Assembly: GCA_963702475.1 (NCBI GenBank) | Contig: CAVPCT010000005.1 | Coordinates: 1 to 64,000 of the forward strand | Source of the DNA: an uncultured Thermoleophilia bacterium | Lineage (GTDB): Bacteria > Actinomycetota > Thermoleophilia > UBA2241 | Direction: 5' to 3' | DNA: 64,000 nt | Part shown: positions 1 through 9,880 of the stretch, one piece after another | Layout of the letters: each line of letters opens with the position of its first letter | Position numbering within the stretch: position 1 is the first letter of the stretch | Program-made: the position numbers and the translations under genes | Notes under the pieces: model-generated | Told to the model about the DNA's origin: nothing | Database searches by the model: none | What the model saw: the letters and a program-made list of their open reading frames with translations, nothing else

Positions 1-689
1 GGCATTGAAGCGCGCCAGGCGTTCACCTTTGAGGAAGAATGGCAGTACAACTCGTAGTATTCTGCGCCTTTTTTCACTCGCAAGATGATTGACCAAACAA
101 CGTTGTGCCTGCACGTCAGGACTTGAATATCCCCTGGTGCTACCGCAAATTCTGAGACTCTTCATCGTGTTCTCCAGATCTGGGAGGAGACAGCTGATGC
201 GCCCGACAAGACGGAGGCAGTCCAAGTGAGTTGGCCGCCACGGCGGCCCTCTCCATGAAGGACCATCACGCTGTGACTGAACCGGGGGTGAAGGCGGATT
301 GCGGGAGTACCCCGCGCACCCTGTTCTTGAAGCCGCCCGTGGTACGCGTTCATGTTGAACGCGCCGGAGGTGGTTCAGGTGGGCCGGGATTCCCGTCCAG
401 GTGCAGCGCTGAACGCCCATGCGGAAGTGCTCCGTGACAAGGATGGACCTGACCCCGCTCGTTCTTCTACTGCCTATGATCATGCGAGAGAAGCGACTCT
501 CGCACGAGTGCCGGCGGTGTGGCATTGGAGCTGCCCCGCTTCTGCGGACAGGTCAGCACTACGCAGCCTCAGCCTGCAGCCGAGCGGTCGCCAGCATCTT
601 TCTCATAGGCAGCAGGGCCCTTCTTGGCCGAGTCTCTTGTGCCGTCCGCGCGGATTGTAGAACACCGGGATGTGGTGAGGAACCGACGA

Positions 690-985
690 TGAGGTGCCCT
701 TCGTCCTTGGTCTTGAAGCGGCGGCGGTTGATGAGCTGGGTCTTCAGCGAGGCCATGAAGCTCTCCATGGCGACGTTGTAGTAGGCGGCGCAGCGCGAGC
801 CCATGGAGGCCAGCAGGAAGCTGTCCGCGAGCAGCTTGCCGAAGACGAGGCTGCGGTACTGGCTGCCGTGTCCGAATGGTGGATGAGGTCGGCCTGCGGC
901 CTCCGCCGCGTGACGGCCATCCGAATGCCGTCGAAGACGAGGTCGGCGCGGGTCGTCGCGCATGGACCATCCGCACTATGAGCTG
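690..985 (-). mobile_element. IS3-family transposase remnant (integrase core C-terminal half, frameshifted)
   Basis: Joined frames read GWSMRDD..RADLVFDGIRMAVTRRRPQADLIHHSD(H)GSQYRS..SMGSRCAAYYNVAMESFMASLKTQLINRRRFKT, typical of an IS3 rve core. No N-terminus or terminal repeats seen. Confidence 0.8.
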
Positions 986-1089
986 CGGGTGGGCCCGAGT
1001 TCTGCGGGGTCAGGTCCATTGCAGTGGGCCACTCTTCGACTTGGCTGGCGCGAGTGTCTTGCTGCTCCCGAGCAGGTAGACTGACTGAC

Positions 1090-1975
1090 GTGAGCGTGTT
1101 CGTTCATCATTCCAGTCCACAATCGTTTGCATCTCACTCGAGCATGCCTGGCGTCGCTGAGCGAGCAGAGTTTCCGTGACTTCACCGTGGTGGTGGTCGA
1201 CGACGGGTCGACAGGACGGGCGCGAGCGAAAGCCTGGCAAAGGAGTTTCCAGCGGCCAGGGTCCTCAAGGGCGACGGCACGCTCTGGTGGACGGGAGCCA
1301 TGAACGTCGGAGTCGGCTGGGCTTTGGCTCGCGCCGAGCCGCAAGATGTGGTTCTCACTCTCAACAATGACACCACCCCTCCTCCTGAATACCTCGAGCG
1401 CGCCTGATGCGGGCGCACATAGTAGGCTCCCCACACGCTAATCGGCTCGCTAGTGGTGAGCGCAACGGACAGAAAGACAATCGTGGACGGCGGTGTCACG
1501 ATAGACTGGATGACCAGCCAAGTACCGTACCGCCGGGCGCGGCCTTGCCGTGGAGGTCCACGCCGACCTGCATCCAGACCTGCGACCTGTCGATGTGCTA
1601 AGCGGATGCGAGACATAGATCCCCGTGAGTGCCTTCGCGCGAACAGGCCCTTATGACGGAAAGAGGCTGCGGCACTATGCGGCCGACTACGAGTTGTAGC
1701 ACCAGGGCCCTCAACGCTGGCTATGGGCTGTTCGTGGACTGGGCTTCTCCACTGCCGCTTGTGGGAGTCGGAGACCGGAATCCATGCCTCCCCCAGCCAG
1801 CGCGGGATTGTGCGGGCTATTGCGATCGTTCTGGGACATGAGGTCGGCCAATGACTTCCGCAATCGTTGGTGGTTTGCAGTCGCCGCCTGCCCGCGCTGG
1901 GCGCTTCCAACATACGTGCCGTGCGACTACGCGAGGGTCGTCATCGGCAGCATGGTGCGCAGTTGGGTGCGCTGA
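1090..1975 (+). CDS. Glycosyltransferase family 2 (several frameshifts; error or pseudogene)
   Basis: Across frames: IIPVHNRLHLTRACLASL..FTVVVVDDGS..GDGTLWWTGAMNVG..VLTLNNDT; ends VIGSMVRSWVR* at 1975. Confidence 0.8.
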
Positions 1976-2363
1976 CGAATCGGTTCAAAGCGTGACACCA
2001 TCGAACGCGGGCAAGCTGTCCACTCGAGCCCGCGCGGGACCCGCGTGGCACCACAGCGTCGCAAGCGGTGCGGGTCATGCTCGTCACGCCTGCACCGCAT
2101 CCGCCTGCTCCGTCGAAGACCGGCCGACCGCGCCCCTCCTCGTTGTCCGTCTCGACAACGCTGCACGTGGGTGGGAATCTGCGCTCATCGGCATCAGGCC
2201 CTGGGTCAGGCGCCCATGACTGTCGCCCCACGTAGTATTGGTATTCTTGTGTCCGGGGCCTATGACATGCCCAGCCGGACTTGCCAAATATGCATGGACA
2301 GGGCGAACGGGCGGACACGATTGTCCGCACCGCGCCTGCGTGGTGCATGAAGGCGCGCCGGTC

Positions 2364-3522
2364 GTGAGGGCCCTCCTCGTCACGAACTTCGCCACGCACT
2401 ACAGAGCGGCGTTCTTCGAGCGACTGGCGCGCGCGATGGATGTCGAGTTCATCTTCACGTCGGATGGGACGGAGCCTTACTGGCAGCCTCACCTGGGAAC
2501 TACACCTGCTGTCGTCCGAGCCAATAGCGTCGTTGGCCGACGTGTCGCAAACGGCCTCACCTTCAATCCGGCCATCGTGCGGGAGCTGTGGCGCCGCGAC
2601 TGCGACGTGATCATCAAGTGCCTCAACGGCCGCTTCGAACTCGCTGGCGCCTACGGCGTCGCCAAGGCACGCGGCATCCCGTTCGTCTTCTGGATGACCA
2701 TCTGGTGGCATCCCATGAATGTTCGGGTGGCTCCCGTATCCGGCCGTGCTCACCATCGAGCGCGGTGCTGACGCAATCGTCACCGACGGCGCGCAGATCT
2801 CACACTTCGTCGCCGCCAACGGTATCGCTGATGACAAAATCTTCACGGCGCCGCTGGCCGTCGAGAACGAGCGCTTCTTCGCCCCTGTGGACGATGCTGC
2901 GCGCCTCGCCATCCGTCAGATGGTCGGCGCGACCGCCAGGCCACTCGTTCTGGCGATCTCGCGCCTGGTGCCGGAGAAGGGGCTCGAGCGTGCTGCTCCA
3001 TGCGGCGGCCCTGCTCACCGAATGCGCCCCGTGGTCGCAGTTGTCGGCACAGGCCCGCTCGGGCCCGAGCTAGGCGACTGGCCAGGGCGCTGGGTGTGGA
3101 TCTTCACCTGCTCGGTGGCATTCCCCAGACAGAGATGCCTGCGGTCTACGCCGCCGCCGACGTCTACGTGATGCCTTCCGTAACCACCCGGCAAGTGCGC
3201 GAACCGTGGGGCCTCGGTGTGAACGAGGCGATGTGCCAGCGCCTGCCGGTGGTCGTCACCGACGCCGTCGGCGCAGCGGCCGGAGGCCTTGCCGTGCACC
3301 GCGAGACGGCCCTCGTGGTCCCAGAAAGAGAGGCGACCGCGCTGGGCGGCGCCTTCGAATCATGCTCACCGATCATGCGCTCGCTGGGAAGCTCGCGGCC
3401 GCCGGCAACGAGCGCGTTCAGAGCGTCACCATGGACGCCGCTGTACGGCAGTTCGTAGCCGCAGCAGAGTACGCTGTCGCAGCCCGTGAAAGGCGCGCGC
3501 AGCTCGCCGGAGGAGCAGGTGA
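2364..3522 (+). CDS. Glycosyltransferase family 4 (frameshifted)
   Basis: Pieces in ORFs 2238, 2719, 3000 and 3206: LLVTNFATHYR..ISRLVPEKG..YAAADVYVMPS..EPWGLGVNEAM (EX7E). End is approximate. Confidence 0.85.
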
Positions 3523-4313
3523 CAGGATGCCCTCGCGGAGGACCTGCTCTCCCCAGCCGGTTCGTCTTGGGTATGCGTGTCGACCACGTCGAATTCGCTG
3601 CCGCCGCCGATCTCAGTCGTCGACTGGGCCGCCGCGGCCCCGCGCGCGGCCGCACCGTCTGCGCGGCCAATGTCCACATGACGATGGTGGCGCACGACGA
3701 CTCCGCCTTCCGGACGCTGGTCAACGATGCGGACCTCGTGCTCGCCGACGGGGTTCCCATGGTCTGGGCACTACGGGCCCTTGGGCTACCTCAACAGCGC
3801 CGCGTGCGCGTGACGCCCGACCTCCTTGTCGAGCTGTTCGGCGCGTGCGAGGCTCGCGGGCTCAGGCTGGGCCTGTACGGCGGCGCTCCGCAGACCCTCG
3901 CGGCCTTCACCACGTTCCTCGCCGACGCGGCGCCTCGTCTCGCGGTGCCCTACGCGTGGAGCCCGCCCTTTCGCCCGCTCACCGCGCAGAAGACGACGAG
4001 GTCGTTCGCCAGATCAGCTGCGGGAGTGCAGTTGCTCCTCGTCGGTATCGGTTGCCCAGCAGGAGCAGTGGATGGCCGCCCACGCCGATCGGCTAGCTGC
4101 GTCATGTTCGGCGTGGGTGCCGCCTTCGACATGTTCGCAGGCAAGACCGGCAACGCGCCGGCCTGGATGCGCGATCGCGGGCTTGAATGGCTCTACCGCG
4201 TCGCGAGTGAGCCTCGGCGGCTGTGGCGCCGCCACCTCCTCAATGATCCCCGCTTCCTGATGCTCTTCGCCCCTCAAGTGGGCGGGACCACATTGAAGGA
4301 GTACGAGCCGTGA
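3519..4313 (+). CDS. WecB/TagA/CpsF family glycosyltransferase
   Basis: ANVH..ADLVLADGVPMVWA..GVGAAFD..APAWMRDRGLEWLYRVASEPRRLWRR; GGAGGAG RBS before GTG 3519; local compensating indels near 4000-4100. Confidence 0.9.
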   Translation: MTGCPRGGPALPSRFVLGMRVDHVEFAAAADLSRRLGRRGPARGRTVCAANVHMTMVAHDDSAFRTLVNDADLVLADGVPMVWALRALGLPQQRRVRVTPDLLVELFGACEARGLRLGLYGGAPQTLAAFTTFLADAAPRLAVPYAWSPPFRPLTAQKTTRSFARSAAGVQLLLVGIGCPAGAVDGRPRRSASCVMFGVGAAFDMFAGKTGNAPAWMRDRGLEWLYRVASEPRRLWRRHLLNDPRFLMLFAPQVGGTTLKEYEP

Positions 4314-4385
4314 CCGTATGGACTGGCCGACGCTCTGCTCCGCGATGCGGGGTCCGCGACGAACTGCCTCTGCAACTACGCAACG

Positions 4386-4419
4386 GCGGCGGCCCGGGAT
4401 GCATCCCCCGGGCCGCCGC
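4386..4419. terminator. GC-rich hairpin between convergent genes (copy 1 of 3)
   Basis: GCGGCGGCCCGGG-8nt-CCCGGGCCGCCGC, perfect 13-bp stem. Confidence 0.7.
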
Positions 4420-4447
4420 AGCGGACTCGCGCTGTGAGTCTACGAAC

Positions 4448-5415
4448 TCAGGGTATCGTCGCCGCCCCGAAGGGGCTCATGGCGCTGGCCTGCCAGTTGC
4501 CCCACACGGCGGCGTCGGGACGGTAGTAGACCACGGCCGTGTAGGTGCCGGGCGGGATGCCGACCGTGAGAAGCTCTGCGTGTAGACCGTCTGCCGGCGA
4601 CGGGGGCGCTGGAGCCGGCCGCGTACCAGTTGCCGGTGACCGTGTCGATGAGCCAGGCGTTGAACTCGCCGACGCTCACGGCGGGGAGAGCGTGAAGCCG
4701 AGGCTGCCGGTGCCGCCGTGGGCCAGGTGGTGCCGACGGTCGGGGTGCCATGGTGATGGAGAGCGCCGGCGCCGTGATGGTCGCCGCGCCCACGGGGCTC
4801 AAGGCGTTGGCCTGCCAGTTGCCCCACACGGCGGCGTCGGGACGGTAGTAGACCACGGCCGTGTAGGTGCCCTCGCGGGATGCCGACCGTGGAGAAGCTC
4901 TGCGTGTAGATGGTCTGGCCGGCGACGGGGGGCTGGAGCCGGCCCCGTACCAGGTGCCGGTGACCGTGTTGATGAGCCAGGCGTTGAAGCCCGCCGACGC
5001 TGACCGGCGGGGAAGCCGTGAAGCCGAGGCTGCCGCGCTGCCCGAGGGCCAGGTGGTGCCGGCGGTGGGGGCGGTGACGGTGAGCGAGAGCGGCGCCCGG
5101 CACGATCGTCGCCGCGCCCGAAGGGGCTCGAGGCGCTGGCCTGCCCAGTTGCCCCACACGCGGCGTCGGGACGGTAGTAGACCACGGCCGTGTAGGTGCC
5201 CTCCGGGATGCCGACCGTGGAGAAGCTCTGCGTGTAGAGCGGTCTGGCCGGCCACGGGGGGCTGAAGCCGGCCCCGTACCAGGTGCCGGTGAGCGTGTTG
5301 ATGATCCAGGCGTCGAACTCGCCGCCGCTCACCGCGGCGGAGAGCGTGAAGCCGAGGCTGCCGCGTGCCCGAGGGCCAGGTGGTGCCGTCGGTCGGGGCG
5401 GTGACGGTGATGCGC
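4448..5415 (-). repeat. Three tandem ~320-bp coding repeats (YTAVVYYRPD domain)
   Basis: The block cctacacggccgtggtctactaccgtcccgacgcc recurs near 4520, 4840 and 5170. Confidence 0.9.
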
Positions 5416-7127
5416 GAGGCCGGCGGCAGTGACGGTGAAGCTCGCCGCGCTCGTTCCGGTGCCCCCCGGAGTGGTGACGGCGATCGTGCCGGTGGTGGCG
5501 CCGGCCGGCACCGTGGCCGTGATCTGGGTGGCGGAGTCCACGGTGAAGGTCGCCGCGGTGCCGTTGAAGGAGACCGCGGTGGCGCCCTGAAGCCGGTGCC
5601 CGTCACGGTCACGCTGTGCCTACGGCGCCCGAGGTCGGGGCGAAGCCGGTCACCGTGGGCGCCGGTGCGGGGACATACGTATGCTTTCAGGCACACGTTG
5701 GCGTTCGAGACCCGCGTCGTCACGTCGGTCCAGCTCGACCCGGTCGAACTGATGTAGCTCTGTCCTGCCTGCGCGGTGGCGGCGCTGGAGTAGTTGGCGT
5801 AGGGGGCTTCGAAGGGGATCGGGTAGGTGGAGCCGGGCGAGGTGACCTTCACAGCCACGACGAAGGGCTGGCCCTCTGTCACAGCGACGGGCGTCGGCAG
5901 CGAGACGGTGTGGTAGCCCATCGCTGCCTGCGTGCCACTGGTGCGCAGCGTCTTGGACGCCAGGCTGGAGCCGGTGTAGACCTCGTAGCTCGTGCTCGGG
6001 GGCTGCGGTGTAGAAGCCGACGGCGCTCAGGGAAGCGGTCGTCTGAGCGGTGAAGACGTTGGCGAACCATCCGTCGGGCTCGAGTACCCCATGTTGCTGC
6101 AGTTGCCCAACGGGTCGTACTGATAGATGCCGGTGTAGTTGGCCGTCGACTCTGCCCTGTCGACCACCGCCGTGGGATTGCTGGCGCGACCGAACTTGGT
6201 GTCGTAGTAGGAGGCGTAGAAGTAGCCGCCGCTGCCCCACGACGTGCCCCAGCTGTTCTTCACGATGAAGGCGCCGTTGCCTGGGGGAGTCGTGGCGAAG
6301 TTGGCGGCGGGGTAGTTGTCGTCCCAGCCGACGATGAGCACTTCGTGATTGGTGCCCGACGTGCCGTCGTAGTAGTAACTCGCCGTCGCGGCCCTGTACG
6401 CACTGCTGTACCAGCCCATCGAGACATCGGCGCCGCCGTACTGCATGACCGCATTCTTGATGTTGTCGTTGTCGAGCGCCGAACCACGCGGCGGGATCCA
6501 GATCACGTCCTGCACATGCTTTCGCGGTGTGAGACCTGGCGGTGTCGTGCTGTCGCCGTAAGCGTCGTCGCCCTCGTCGACCGGGCCACCCCAGCGCACG
6601 AGGTAGGCGGTGGACATGTAGATATTGCCGCCCCAGTTGTAGGCGCTGCCTCCATTGTCGAAGCCGCTGGTGAGCACCATATTGTCTTCGGCGAAGTCGC
6701 GCGTCTCGCCGGTCAGCAGACATGACTCAAGCGAACCGCACGCGGCAAAGGACCAGCAGGTACCCAAGGCGCCCTGGTTCTTGACGGAGGTGACCCTGCC
6801 GAGCGAGCGCAGGTCGTACGTCGCCGGCAGCGCGCCCAGATCGCCCATGCCGGCCAGCTGCATCCCGCTTGTGGAGGAGAAGTCTTGTGGGGCGGGTCGT
6901 TCGCCGAGGCCGTGCCCCCCGGCTTCGCTCGGCGATGCAGCAGTCGGGAGACCGAGCAGGATCTCGACATAGGCCGGATTCAGCGGCGCCAACGAGACCG
7001 GGGGCTCGTCGCCCACAGGCGGCGCGGTGCGCTGTGCCCCGGACGGTGGGGCAGCACCGACCGCCAGCGCCAGAGCACAGCAGCACAAGGCAACAATGCG
7101 GGCGAAACGACGGGGCCTAGAGCTCAT
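4448..7127 (-). CDS. Secreted C1A (papain-like) cysteine peptidase + lectin-like domain + IPT/TIG + 3 C-terminal repeats (frameshifted in 3' half)
   Basis: Signal peptide; KNQGALGTCWSF (Gln, Cys), NHEVLIVGWDD (His), KNSWG (Asn); then ..NVCLKAY, DSATQITATVPAGATTGTI (IPT); ends SPFGAATIP* at 4448; GGAGGA RBS. Confidence 0.9.
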
Positions 7128-7518
7128 CTCGATGTCCTCCTCCGCTGCACGGCGAGCGTGTGACCGACCCGTGCCCCGTCCTGTCGCAACTAGCCAAGCA
7201 GACCTAGCGATGCGCGGGGCGCACTGCGCACAACCACTCGGTGCCCTCTAGAGCACTGAGGATGTGCCTGTGAAGTGCACTGGCTAGTCTCGGCTCGCGC
7301 GACCACGATGTCCCTTGATGGTCATCGACAAGGCGGCACCTCCTCTGCACCCCCGTTGGTCACTTCGCGGAACGCAAGCGTTGCCCGCCTCGGCAACGCG
7401 AAGACCGGTTCCGCTGACCGCAATGATGGGTTCGGTGCCGCCGCGGAGATTCCCGGCACACCGATGAGGTTCAACCCGAAAGCCTGAGCGATACCGTGGC
7501 GCGATGACCCCCGGCACG

Positions 7519-7556
7519 GCCGCGGCGGCCCGGGATGCTCCCCGGGCCGCCGCGGC
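7519..7556. terminator. GC-rich hairpin (copy 2 of 3)
   Basis: GCCGCGGCGGCCCGGG-6nt-CCCGGGCCGCCGCGGC, 16-bp stem, just downstream of the pseudogene stop at 7582. Confidence 0.7.
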
Positions 7557-7723
7557 GGGCTCTCGCTGTCGGTCTACGAACTCAGGGTATGTTCGCCGCC
7601 CCGTAGGGGCTCGTGGCGCTGGCCTGCCAGGCCGGGGTGAAGCCGGTCACTGCGGGAGCGGCCGGCACTACGCAGGCCTTCAGGCACACGTTGGCGTTGG
7701 CAATCCGGGTCGTCAGGTCGGTC

Positions 7724-8898
7724 TAGTGTCCTGAGTCATAAGTTCGATTGATTTATAGCACCGCCTGTGCTCTCATCGTCGAGAAGCTGCGATGATGGGA
7801 GGCGATCATGGCTGGCAAGGGACGACCGATGGCCGAGCTCGTGCTCACTGGCGGGGAGCGCGAGACCCTCGAGCGCTGGGCGCGGCGGCCCGACGAGCGC
7901 GCAGGCGCTGGCGCAGCGCTGCCGCATCGTCCTGGCCTGCGCCGAGGGGCTGACCAACCAGGAGGTGGCGGCGGCCGAGGGCGTGCACCAGGCCACGGTC
8001 GGCAAGTGGCGCGCGCGTTTCGCCGAGCGGCGCCTCGACGGCCTCCACGACGAGCCGCGCCCCGGGAAGCCGCGCACGATCACGGACGCCGACGTGGAGC
8101 GCGTGCTCGTGAAGACGCTCGAGGAGGCGCCGCGCGACGCGACCCACTGGTCGACGCGGCGCCTGGCCGCGGCCACCGGCATGAGCCAGAGCGCGGTGAG
8201 CCGCATCTGGCGCGCCTTCGCCCTGAAGCCCCACCAGCTCGAGTCCTTCAAGCTCTCGACCGATCCACTCTTCATCGAGAAGGTCAGGGACATCGTCGGC
8301 CTCTACCTCGACCCGCCCGAGGCCGCGGTCGTGCTCTGCGTGGACGAGAAGACGCAGGTCCAGGCGCTCGAGCGCACGGCCCCGATCCTGCCGCTGCTGC
8401 CGACGACGCCGGCCGGGGCCACGCACGACTACCGCCGCCACGGCACGACCAACCTCTACGCCGCCCTCGACGTCGCCTCGGGCTCGTGATCAGCGATCTC
8501 ACGGAACGTCATAGGGCCGAGGAGTTCCGCCGCTTCCTGAACCTCATCGACAAGAGCGTCCCCGAGGGCCTCGACGTGCACGTCATCGTCGACAACTCCT
8601 CGACCCACAAGACGCCCGCCATCCGGCGCTGGCTCCTCCGTCACCCACGCTTCAGCTTCCACTTCACGCCCACCTACTCGTCCTGGCTCAACCTCGTCGA
8701 GCGCTGGTTCGCCGAACTGACCGAACGCTGGCTGCGGCGCGGCTCGCACCGCTCGACCAAGGAGCTGGTCGCCTCCATCCGCAGCTGGGTCGAGGACTGG
8801 AACGAGAACCCCCGGCCCTTCGTCTGGCACAAGAGCGCGGACGAGATCCTGCAGACGCTCGCTGCTTATTGCGAACGGATCTCTGACTCAGGACACTA
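7724..8898 (+). mobile_element. IS630-family insertion sequence
   Basis: Terminal inverted repeats TAGTGTCCTGAGTCA / TGACTCAGGACACTA, CTAG context at both ends (7723-7726, 8896-8899), TA duplication. Confidence 0.95.
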
Positions 8899-8899
8899 G
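7808..8899 (+). CDS. IS630 transposase (two compensating indels)
   Basis: HTH region then DDE motifs CVDEK, IVDNSSTHK and WLNLVERWF; the middle segment is in ORF 7767..8489 and the ends in ORF 7808..8899. Confidence 0.92.
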   Translation: MAGKGRPMAELVLTGGERETLERWARRPDERAGAGAALPHRPGLRRGADQPGGGGGRGRAPGHGRQVARAFRRAAPRRPPRRAAPREAAHDHGRRRGARAREDARGGAARRDPLVDAAPGRGHRHEPERGEPHLARLRPEAPPARVLQALDRSTLHREGQGHRRPLPRPARGRGRALRGREDAGPGARAHGPDPAAAADDAGRGHARLPPPRHDQPLRRPRRRLGLVISDLTERHRAEEFRRFLNLIDKSVPEGLDVHVIVDNSSTHKTPAIRRWLLRHPRFSFHFTPTYSSWLNLVERWFAELTERWLRRGSHRSTKELVASIRSWVEDWNENPRPFVWHKSADEILQTLAAYCERISDSGH

Positions 8900-9822
8900 C
8901 TCGAGCCAGTCGAAGTCACGTAGCTCTCCTGCCTGCGCAGTTGCGGCGCTGGAGTACTTGGCGCATGGGGCTTCGACCGGGATCGGGTAGTTGGAGCCGG
9001 GCAAGGTGACCTTCACAGCAACGATGAAGGTCTGTCCGTTCGTGATGTCCACCCGCGAGGGCAGAGCCACAGTGTGATAGCCCATGTAGACCAGCGTGCC
9101 GCTCGCGCGCAGCGTCTTGCTCGCGAGGGCGGGTCCGGTGTAGACCTTGTAGCTCGTGCCCGGAGACAGGGTAGAGAAGCCGACGGCACCCAGGGCTGCA
9201 GTCGTCTGGGCCGTGAAGACGTTGGCGAACCAGCCAGTGGAGCTCGAATACCCGAATGCGCTGCAGTCGCCAAAGGGGTCGCACTGATAGATGCTGGTGT
9301 AGTTGCTCGTCGACTCAGCGTCGTTGAACACCGCTATGGGACTTGCCCGACCGAACTTCGAGTCGTGGTAGGAGACGTAGAAGTACCCGCCGCTGCCCCA
9401 CGAGGAGCTCCAGCTGTTCTTGACGACAGAGGCACCGTTGCCCGGAGGCGTGGTGGCGAAGCTAGCGGCGGCGTAGTTGGCGTCCCAGCCCACGATGAGG
9501 ACGCCGTGGTTGGTGCCCGACGTGCCAGTGCAGTAGTAGCTCTGCGTTGTTGCGTTGCAGCAGGCAGAGCCCGACGATGAGCCGTACCAGCCCATCGATG
9601 CATTGGCGCCGCCCAACTGCATGACAGCTTCGTTGTCGTTGTCGAGCGCACGAACCCATCACATGGGATGCCATCGACACAACGACGATCAAGCTGAACC
9701 CCTCGTCGAGCGGCGACCGTGGGCTCACTGAGTGAGCTTGCCGTTGCGGCTCCAATCACACACGCGCAGGATGAGGCCGCGGTTGGCCTCGGGTTGCGTG
9801 CTCACCCTGCCGCAGGCCAAAG

Positions 9823-9856
9823 CGCGGCGGCCCGGGATCTCTCCCGGGCCGCCGCG
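9823..9856. terminator. GC-rich hairpin (copy 3 of 3)
   Basis: CGCGGCGGCCCGGGA-TCTC-TCCCGGGCCGCCGCG, 15-bp stem, 25 nt downstream of the MCO stop. Confidence 0.72.
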
Positions 9857-9880
9857 GATGACCTCTCTTCGGCGCGAGGA

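Larger units (their letters stand above)
7582..9650 (-). pseudogene. Decayed duplicate of the C1A peptidase, interrupted by IS630
   Basis: 8900-9650 parallels 5730-6480 (NHGVLIVGWD, KNSW) but lacks the catalytic-Cys N-terminus; 7582-7723 continues TDLTTRIANANVCLKAC..WQASATSPYGAANIP*. Confidence 0.9.

Noticed and set aside
1-690. Short ORFs in the lower-GC left end
   Set aside because: No recognisable motifs or consistent codon bias; possibly degraded sequence, left uncalled.
4448-5415. Tandem repeats as a CRISPR array or DGR template/variable repeats
   Set aside because: Units are ~320-bp coding repeats without unique spacers; differences are not adenine-specific, and no cas or reverse transcriptase gene is present.
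7130-7500. Riboswitch in the long leader of the C1A peptidase
   Set aside because: Some hairpin potential, but I could not match c-di-AMP, c-di-GMP or other aptamer consensus by eye; an Infernal/Rfam scan would settle it.
7722-7726. Amber codon as a pyrrolysine or read-through site
   Set aside because: It replaces a Trp in a copy that also lacks its catalytic N-terminus and has frameshifts; plain pseudogenisation explains it.
7880-8490. Programmed frameshifting in the IS630 transposase
   Set aside because: There are two compensating shifts with no slippery A-run, in a region full of indels; error is more likely.
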